Under the pieces are notes generated by a model. The model saw only the letters and a list, made by a program, of their open reading frames with translations. It made no database searches and was not told where the DNA came from. From positions 256,001 to 320,000 of the forward strand of contig OZ223236.1 of the NCBI GenBank assembly GCA_965140445.1: a stretch of 64,000 nt of DNA, given 5' to 3'. This document shows positions 57,252-64,000 of the stretch, piece after piece. This stretch comes from Candidatus Ozemobacteraceae bacterium (GTDB lineage Bacteria; Muiribacteriota; Ozemobacteria; Ozemobacterales; Ozemobacteraceae). The number at the start of each line of letters is the position of its first letter. Position 1 is the first letter of the stretch. Position numbers and translations under genes: made by a program.

Positions 57252-58481
57252 ATGCAAGGCTCTGAAGCGTTTTCAAAAAGATTATTTTATTTTTCAAGCC
57301 ATCTTACAGCTCCAGCCGTAGGAGTAATTTTCCTTCTTAGTTTCATAATCAGTTCACAAACTGAAGTTTTAAAGCTTCCAAAACCTGCTTTTACAGTGCT
57401 GGTTCTGTTTATTCTTTTTCTTGGGATATGCAAAGCGTCCTATATACTGTCCAATTTAATCCTGGATAAAAAGAAATTGTTTTACCCTACCGTTAAACTA
57501 TGGCTTTACCCCAGTATTGGCTTTCTCTTTATAATTTTATCTTCATCTTCCATATTGACATTGTCCAGTAAGATTCTTGGAAGAGGTTTTTGGAGTGGTT
57601 TTCTCGGCTTAACCTCACAAAACACCACTTCTCTCTTCTCTGCCAGCTTTTTTTCAATGACTGCCTACATAAGCTTGCAGTTCTTTATATCAATGGCTTA
57701 CTCAATAAAATACATCTTTGATGTTTCCAGATCACATTTTAGACTGCTTTTTGAAGAGGTTGCTGAAGAGGAGGAGGATCCTAAGAGCAAAATTGATAAA
57801 ATGCTCAATGAGATTCAGTTTGAAAACGATCATTTTCAGGAACTTAGAAAGAAAGCCTCAATAGTAAATAGAAAAGCCCTGCTTTTATTTTTCATCTTGA
57901 GCACATCAATCGGAATTTACATTTTATTCTTTAAACCAGAATTGATCCTGTTTTATCGTGCTGAAATTCAGTTAAAAACATATTCTCAGCCAGAATCTGC
58001 ACTCAAAACCTTTGACCATCTTTTAATCAGGTATCCAAACTACAAATTTGCAGACACAGTTAGTTTCAGAAGAAATTGGATTCTTGATAGGAGACTCAAA
58101 AAATACAACGAAGCCAGCAAAGGCTACATCAATTTCATAAACAGGTTTGGCTTTTCAAATGTTTGGTCTGATGAAGTTACAGCAGGCCTGGCAAGGATCT
58201 ATATTGATAAGCTCGGGGATTTAGAGTCAGGAAAAAAATGGGCCGAGATCTACCTGAAAAACTACCCTGAAGGAGTAATGGCTCCTCACATGTATCTTTA
58301 TCTCATAAGAGTTTTGCAAAAACAAAAAAAATCAGCTGAATGTAAAAAGCTTGAAAAAGAAGCTTTAAGAAAGTTTGGTGGGAAAGAAATTCAAATAATA
58401 AATATCGAAGACAAGCTCATTGAATTTGTTCTTTTTAATGACGCCCTCAAAACAAATAATTACATTTCAAAATTTCAGTAG
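57252..58481 (+). CDS. Membrane protein with a C-terminal TPR-like (YbgF/BamD-like) region
   Basis: Five hydrophobic segments followed by LLIRYPN, FINRFG and YLKNYPEG repeats. Confidence 0.6.
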   Translation: MQGSEAFSKRLFYFSSHLTAPAVGVIFLLSFIISSQTEVLKLPKPAFTVLVLFILFLGICKASYILSNLILDKKKLFYPTVKLWLYPSIGFLFIILSSSSILTLSSKILGRGFWSGFLGLTSQNTTSLFSASFFSMTAYISLQFFISMAYSIKYIFDVSRSHFRLLFEEVAEEEEDPKSKIDKMLNEIQFENDHFQELRKKASIVNRKALLLFFILSTSIGIYILFFKPELILFYRAEIQLKTYSQPESALKTFDHLLIRYPNYKFADTVSFRRNWILDRRLKKYNEASKGYINFINRFGFSNVWSDEVTAGLARIYIDKLGDLESGKKWAEIYLKNYPEGVMAPHMYLYLIRVLQKQKKSAECKKLEKEALRKFGGKEIQIINIEDKLIEFVLFNDALKTNNYISKFQ

Positions 58482-59281
58482 CAATTAAAAAGTCTTTCTA
58501 ATTCCCCGGTAAAACAAGCTTTTGCGATGCCAAGCCCTCTCTTTGTAGAATGAGTTTTTTTCCCCTTCAATCTAAGTTCTTCCAGAAAAACCTCATCTGT
58601 AACAACACCAATTATAAATTTTCGTCCATTTTTTTCTATAAAAACAGGAGACCCACTATATCCCTGAAACACCTCAAAATCGACCATGTAACTTTTTAAT
58701 CCAGAAGACTGAGCTTCAACAAAACTGGCGATAATACCAGATCTCAAAATGGGGAAGCCTTCACTACTAGATTCACAGCCATAAGGGAATCCAGCGACAA
58801 AAACCTTATCTCCGGGGGATAAAGAAAGACTGGAAAAATCCGAATCTCGAGCTATTTCGCTTCTTTCCAGAGTAGAAATGGTCATATCATCTGGGAGCTC
58901 AACCTTAATCAGCGCCAGATCTGAGCCTTCAGAGCAAATCCAATACCTTCTACTCCCATCCCTGATTTGTATCCGGCATTGGAATTTAACAAATCCATTT
59001 GTGGTCTTTTTTCTTAGATTCAGGCGGGCAAAATTCCCATTAATTTGCTCTATTACATGAGCTGCGGTAACAAGAAACTTTTTCTTTCCATTCCCTGATT
59101 TGCTCGAAATCAAGAAGCAGGTTCCCGATATGGGCTCACCGTTCTTTGCTTTTCCTTCAAGTTTATAAACCGAGTACATAACAGATGAGCAAATATCATC
59201 TGCGAGCAAAACAGAAAATTTACTTAAAAAAACTACAATAAAAACGGAAACCCAAAACAGAAACCTGCCACTACTTAACAA
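58475..59281 (-). CDS. Secreted trypsin-like serine protease
   Basis: TAAHV, DLALI and GYSGSP catalytic triad; AGFP. Confidence 0.88.
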   Translation of the reverse strand: MLSSGRFLFWVSVFIVVFLSKFSVLLADDICSSVMYSVYKLEGKAKNGEPISGTCFLISSKSGNGKKKFLVTAAHVIEQINGNFARLNLRKKTTNGFVKFQCRIQIRDGSRRYWICSEGSDLALIKVELPDDMTISTLERSEIARDSDFSSLSLSPGDKVFVAGFPYGCESSSEGFPILRSGIIASFVEAQSSGLKSYMVDFEVFQGYSGSPVFIEKNGRKFIIGVVTDEVFLEELRLKGKKTHSTKRGLGIAKACFTGELERLFNCY

Positions 59282-59291
59282 ACTTTACCCT

Positions 59292-59726
59292 TTAAGCTAT
59301 TTCAAGTTTGATTGAGGTATTATTAATAAGATTATCCGCAACCGGACAGCGCTTTTCAACTTCCTCGAAAAACTCTTTCTTTTCTGAATCACTTATATCA
59401 GCATCAAGATGTGCTTTAATTGTGATTGTTTGAAATCCAGATCTAATTTCTGGGTTCTTACCCATCAGGCCGTCTGGATCAAGTTCACCAGATATTTCAA
59501 CCTTAAAATCATTTATTTTAATTCGTTTTTTGGCTGCCACCATTTTGCCAAGGGTAATCATACAACCTGCAAGCGCTGTTAAGAAATATTCTAACGGATT
59601 TGCACCAGCGTCGCTCCCACCAGCTGCAGATGGCTGGTCTACAACTATGATATGATTTCCAGCTTTTACTTCAATTTTAAAACCTTCAACAAGCTTAGAC
59701 TCAATTTTTACTATTTTCTTCCCCAT
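59292..59726 (-). CDS. OsmC family protein
   Basis: DQP...GGSDAGANPLE...ALAGC and RCPV. Confidence 0.92.
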   Translation of the reverse strand: MGKKIVKIESKLVEGFKIEVKAGNHIIVVDQPSAAGGSDAGANPLEYFLTALAGCMITLGKMVAAKKRIKINDFKVEISGELDPDGLMGKNPEIRSGFQTITIKAHLDADISDSEKKEFFEEVEKRCPVADNLINNTSIKLEIA

Positions 59727-59742
59727 GTTTGCCTCCAAATTC

Positions 59743-60858
59743 TTAAATAAAGAATTTACTTATGATAGAGTTCGCAAATGCAATGCCCTTTTCAGAGAGT
59801 ATTACGTTTTGGTTTACTTTTATAAGATTACCACTTTCCAGCTCTATATCAAGGGTCTTTAAAAATTCTTCTGTCAGATTTCCAAATCTTTTTTTCAATA
59901 AATCAATATTTAATCCCTCGTTCAGCAGCCTTAGTCTAAGCATAATAAATTCATTCTTTAGATCGATTTCTGACAGTTGTTCGATTTCCTGATTTTCGAA
60001 AGTCGCCCAGTCTAACAAATTGGCTGGGTTTGAAATTCTTTTCATATCTAAAGTTGCGACCCCAGAAGGCCCTAATGCGAAATAATTCTGATTCAGCCAA
60101 TAGCCTAAATTGTGTTTGCACTCAAAACCAGGTTTTGCATAATTTGAAATCTCATAATGTGAAAATCCAAGATCTTTTAATACATGTCTGACTTCATAAA
60201 GTTCTTCAGGGCCAACATTGTCTGGGTCTGGAAGCTCATCATTTAAAACTCGCTTCTCCATGACACTCTCAGGCTCCAACGTTAAAAAATATGCTGAAAT
60301 ATGCCTGGCAGGAAATTTGATCAAAAAATCCGCCAACTCAGGGGCCAGGGTTTTGCAGCCTGGAACCCCCATTATGAAATCAAAAGAGAAATTCTCAAAA
60401 TGCATACAAATGGTTTCAGCGGCTCGGTAAACATCATCTAATCTAGCTCTTCTTCCAAGAAGAGTTAATTCTTTATCTGAAAGTCTTTGAATTCCCATGC
60501 TAATTCTAATATTGGGAATCTGCTTCAGTAAAATAGCCCAATTTTTATCAAATGTTTCTGGATTGGTTTCGATAGTAAATTCTTGAATTTCTGAAAAGTC
60601 GATGTGAGTCTGAAGTTTTTTAACTATCCTGTTAAATCTCTCAAAACCTATACATGTAGGATTTCCGCCACCAATAAAAATAGTGTTAACTTTAAATTTG
60701 CCCTTATTCGAAAAAGTGCGTTCAATTTCTTCTTCCAGTTTTGCAACAAAGAAATCTATCTCATTCTGATTTGCAGCTATTGAATAAAAGCCGCAATAAT
60801 CGCACTTTTGGACACAAAAAGGGATATGAATATAAAGTCCTGGAACAGTATTTTTCAT
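59743..60858 (-). CDS. hemW: Radical SAM heme chaperone HemW
   Basis: LYIHIPFC..KCDYCGF, GGGNP, E.NP, HYEISNYA, HN..YW. Confidence 0.9.
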   Translation of the reverse strand: MKNTVPGLYIHIPFCVQKCDYCGFYSIAANQNEIDFFVAKLEEEIERTFSNKGKFKVNTIFIGGGNPTCIGFERFNRIVKKLQTHIDFSEIQEFTIETNPETFDKNWAILLKQIPNIRISMGIQRLSDKELTLLGRRARLDDVYRAAETICMHFENFSFDFIMGVPGCKTLAPELADFLIKFPARHISAYFLTLEPESVMEKRVLNDELPDPDNVGPEELYEVRHVLKDLGFSHYEISNYAKPGFECKHNLGYWLNQNYFALGPSGVATLDMKRISNPANLLDWATFENQEIEQLSEIDLKNEFIMLRLRLLNEGLNIDLLKKRFGNLTEEFLKTLDIELESGNLIKVNQNVILSEKGIAFANSIISKFFI

Positions 60859-60877
60859 TTTTATCTTCTTTATCTTT

Positions 60878-61438
60878 TCAATTTTGCTGTTTTACCTTAA
60901 AACGCTTTCTGACTGTTGCAACAAGTACATTGTCAGCTTCACGAGAAACGAAAAACAATGGAGAATAACCAAACCGAGCGATTTGCAAAAAGAATAGCCA
61001 CAAGAAAATTATAGTTACGACAAAGTTTGGCCAGGCATTAATTTGCCATTGTCCCGCCCACGATAGCCCCAGGTCACTTAAGGGAAATAAATATTGAATA
61101 GGCCATTGAAAACCATCAGGCCCCCTTGCTCCAATAAAATCACAAACCAGATGCAAGTGAAAAATACAAAAAAACAATAAAGCACTTTTTAACTTTTCTT
61201 TTGAAAAGATATAGGCAAAAATGGTTAGAACTAGACAGAAAAAAATATTATGCCCCCAAACATGATGATACCTTGAAAATAATTCTGCCTCACCACCAGA
61301 AAAAACGTCAAAAACGACTCCCAAAGCATCCAGATCTGGAGCTACTGAAGCAAAAGTCAGCAAAGCAACATCTCTTTTCTCAACAGCATATCTCTGGCCA
61401 GCTACCCATCCTATCAAACCGTGTGTAATAATATTCAT
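60878..61438 (-). CDS. Membrane-bound metal-dependent hydrolase (YdjM-like)
   Basis: TH, PDLD, HH.WGH and HL.CD motifs. Confidence 0.85.
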   Translation of the reverse strand: MNIITHGLIGWVAGQRYAVEKRDVALLTFASVAPDLDALGVVFDVFSGGEAELFSRYHHVWGHNIFFCLVLTIFAYIFSKEKLKSALLFFCIFHLHLVCDFIGARGPDGFQWPIQYLFPLSDLGLSWAGQWQINAWPNFVVTIIFLWLFFLQIARFGYSPLFFVSREADNVLVATVRKRFKVKQQN

Positions 61439-61511
61439 AGCCTTAACTTTGATCCAATTTTGGGTCTATGGTACCATAGGAATCAATTTCTGGGTACAAG
61501 TGGAGAAAAAA

Positions 61512-62132
61512 ATGATTTTTGAACAAGTCAGCGTTGGGAAAATGTCCAACTACTCTTATATAGTTGCGGAAAAAGCCGGCGGGGAAGGTTTTATTATTGA
61601 CCCTGCTTTCGATGTGGAAAAGCTAATGCAAACTATCAAAAAGCATTCTTTGAACTTAACCAAAATCATCCTGACTCATCATCACTTTGACCATATAAAT
61701 GCTGCAGCAGGTATAAAAGCAAGAACTGGAGCAAAAATTGTATGTCATCCTGAAACAGAAAAGCTTGTAAAAGGTGAATTTCCAGTTGATGAGTTTCTCG
61801 AAGACGGCGACATTTTTACAATAGAGGAAAAGATAGAAGTAAGCGTAATTCACACCCCTGGACATGCGCCAGGCGGAATTTGCTTAAAAATAGCAAATAC
61901 TCACTTGATTACAGGCGACACTTTATTCATTGGAGATTGCGGCAGGGCTGACCTTCCAGGTGGTAATGCTGAGACCCTTTACAACAGTTTGCAAAAGATA
62001 AAAAAGCTACCAGGATCTCTTATCGTCTTCCCTGGACACAATTACGGCCCTTATCCATCCAGAACTCTAAAAGAAGAGATAGAAACAAACCCCACATTGC
62101 TCGCAACCCTGAAAGAGTTCACCGGGAATTAA
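61512..62132 (+). CDS. MBL-fold metallo-hydrolase (glyoxalase II-like)
   Basis: THHHFDH, TPGHAPG, TGDTLF, PGH; GGAG RBS before ATG 61512. Confidence 0.92.
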   Translation: MIFEQVSVGKMSNYSYIVAEKAGGEGFIIDPAFDVEKLMQTIKKHSLNLTKIILTHHHFDHINAAAGIKARTGAKIVCHPETEKLVKGEFPVDEFLEDGDIFTIEEKIEVSVIHTPGHAPGGICLKIANTHLITGDTLFIGDCGRADLPGGNAETLYNSLQKIKKLPGSLIVFPGHNYGPYPSRTLKEEIETNPTLLATLKEFTGN

Positions 62133-62138
62133 TTTAGC

Positions 62139-64000
62139 CTACCATTGATAAGCAGCACCTTGTTTTAGGGCCCAATAAGCCGCATCTTTCCAGCCCTGTT
62201 CAAATTCAGTTTCGGTCAGGCCGAAAATTCCTTTTAGCGAATCTGCAAAAGTAACCCCTGCGCTAACTTGCTCAATCATTTTCATCACTGCCCTACAGCC
62301 TTTATCAAGACTACCTGCCTTTTTAACAAGAAAAGCAGTCATAAGATAAGCCTGAGCAATGGCGGTGTCTAGAACTGCAGGGGAAGAGTAGCCCTCTGCA
62401 AAAATGCTATTCATCATCTTTTCAGAAGTAAACTTCGCCAATTTATCACTTATGCTTTTATTGGCAATTAAAAGCCTATATCTAATTGCACTGCTTCGGC
62501 CGGCAACCAATTCTGCAAGTCCCATCTGCAACCACGCACTCTTTTCAGGGTTTTCCCTTGCTTTTGGAATAATGGCCTGGATAATCAATTGTATCAATTC
62601 TCGACCAAGCACCTGTGCGGGGTAATCTTCAATCAATGCCCCAACTTCGTCTTCTCCAATTGCCTCAAAGCCAGTTAGTATAATGCTTCTCAAAACCTCA
62701 GAGTCAAAGTAGTTTGAAGTAACGGTGATGCTTTTATTTTGTGGTTCGTAAAGGGCTATTGTCGGTCCCATTCCTTCTGCAGAAACAAGATTAATAAACA
62801 CTGGCCCAGAAACTGTCCCTAAAAATGCTGCGGCTTTCTTGTAAAGTTTAGATAGCTCGGCAAACAAAAGATTTCTAGCTGATTCATCAATATTTGGGGC
62901 CAATTTTATTTGGAAAATACTTTCCGGGTTTGCCTGAGGCGTATCTGTTGATCCTGCCACATTGCTGTTAGCCTGTGCCGATTGAACATTCTTTTTCTCA
63001 GGAACCGTTCTCGCGGTATATCCTTTAATTCCAGCCTTAGCAAGTCGATTATTAATCAATGCTGCAAGGTGAGGGTCATCAGTAATTGCAGGGAAACCCG
63101 ACAAAAACTGAAGAATTCCAAGTCTATTTGGATTTTGTTTAAACCCTTTATTCAGCCAGGAAATCGCTCCTCTATTATCACCTGTTTTGAACGAGTAGAG
63201 TGCTTCAAGATAGCAAACCATACTTTTTTCCTGAACCCTTTTTTTCCACTCATCCATTGCTGATCTTGCTTCAATAATTTTGTCTGTCATCAGCAACAGG
63301 GAAATGTATATAGGGTATGCTTCAGGATCAGTAAAAGGACGATTGTTAAGTGATTCATTTAAGATCAAATTTACTTCATTGATTCTTCCAGCCTGGAGAG
63401 CAAATAAACCAGCCGTAAGATTTACAGAAGGCATATTATACCCACGTTTATAAGCATTATTTAATCTTTTTGAAGCCTTCTCTGGTTGATTCCTCTGTAA
63501 AAGATACTCAATCCACAAAAGGTCTATTTCCGGGTTGCCAGGGTCTCTTTTTCCCGCTTCCTGCAAAGCTATACCGGCTTCTTTTATCTGGTGAATATCC
63601 AGCATAATTCTGGATTTAATAATGTAGCCATCTGGGGACTCAGGAAAAGCCTTTGAAAATCTATCAACAAGTCCCAAGGCCTTTTTCCATTTATCTAAAT
63701 CATATAAAGCTCTGAAATAAGAGGTTGAAGATGATCCAACATGAGTATCAGTAATCATTGCTTTTACAAAGAGCAACAGCGGGTGAAAGGGAGCTTTTTC
63801 AAGTCCTTGCTCTGCAAGCTGCAAAGCATCTCTATTTCTCCCAAGATACCAGGCACATAAAGCTGTCAATCCGGCTCCATCAGGGCCGGGATATTTTTTT
63901 TCATATTCTTCGCTTAAGGCCAGAGCAAGATATATTTGCCCTCTGGCCAAAGAAGTCATAATACTCCCAAAATGTAATTTAGGGCTTACCAACCTTTTTA
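62139..64000 (-). CDS. TPR protein with a degenerate peptidase-MA-like C-terminal domain (5'-truncated)
   Basis: The frame is open to the window edge; TPR-like repeats; LGRELIQ, AWLQMGLAE, AQAYLMTAFL and FEQGW in the C-terminal domain. Confidence 0.65.
   Translation of the reverse strand, partial: KRLVSPKLHFGSIMTSLARGQIYLALALSEEYEKKYPGPDGAGLTALCAWYLGRNRDALQLAEQGLEKAPFHPLLLFVKAMITDTHVGSSSTSYFRALYDLDKWKKALGLVDRFSKAFPESPDGYIIKSRIMLDIHQIKEAGIALQEAGKRDPGNPEIDLLWIEYLLQRNQPEKASKRLNNAYKRGYNMPSVNLTAGLFALQAGRINEVNLILNESLNNRPFTDPEAYPIYISLLLMTDKIIEARSAMDEWKKRVQEKSMVCYLEALYSFKTGDNRGAISWLNKGFKQNPNRLGILQFLSGFPAITDDPHLAALINNRLAKAGIKGYTARTVPEKKNVQSAQANSNVAGSTDTPQANPESIFQIKLAPNIDESARNLLFAELSKLYKKAAAFLGTVSGPVFINLVSAEGMGPTIALYEPQNKSITVTSNYFDSEVLRSIILTGFEAIGEDEVGALIEDYPAQVLGRELIQLIIQAIIPKARENPEKSAWLQMGLAELVAGRSSAIRYRLLIANKSISDKLAKFTSEKMMNSIFAEGYSSPAVLDTAIAQAYLMTAFLVKKAGSLDKGCRAVMKMIEQVSAGVTFADSLKGIFGLTETEFEQGWKDAAYWALKQGAAYQW

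Noticed and set aside
1..64000. CRISPR arrays, IS elements, integrases, prophage or rRNA
   Set aside because: No regularly spaced repeats, transposase/integrase motifs, phage genes or rRNA-like stretches were seen; the tRNAs have no adjacent integrase.

Overview
A 64-kb, AT-rich (by eye roughly 40% GC) bacterial chromosomal segment, almost entirely coding. I found no rRNA, CRISPR array, transposase, integrase or phage genes. All family assignments are from motif recognition, not database searches. Core housekeeping blocks: cysS-mrnC-rlmB-tRNA(Thr,Tyr,Thr)-tuf-rpmG-tRNA(Trp)-secE-nusG-rplKAJL, with an L10-leader attenuator and no rpoBC downstream; hpf-PTS EIIA-secA...prfB, where prfB has the programmed +1 frameshift; and lgt-hprK-yvcK-whiA. 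These Firmicutes-like gene orders occur alongside clear outer-membrane genes (an SLH-anchored OmpM-like porin and a PorV/FadL-like barrel). That points to a deep-branching diderm; Candidatus Riflebacteria is a plausible but unverified guess. Accessory loci worth following up: (i) a Tat-signal-bearing AmmeMemoRadiSam-type radical SAM enzyme divergently paired with two minor-pilin-like genes and a degenerate membrane spermidine-synthase-like protein; (ii) an SLH-porin operon carrying alpha-glucan-binding-type domains but no SusC/D or TonB; (iii) paralogous PilV/PilX-like gene pairs, one of them inserted into the secA-prfB operon; (iv) a peptidoglycan-peptide recycling cluster in which a DUF819 protein occupies the transporter position; (v) a propeller/TPR/large secreted protein operon; (vi) a 28-aa membrane peptide absent from the ORF track.
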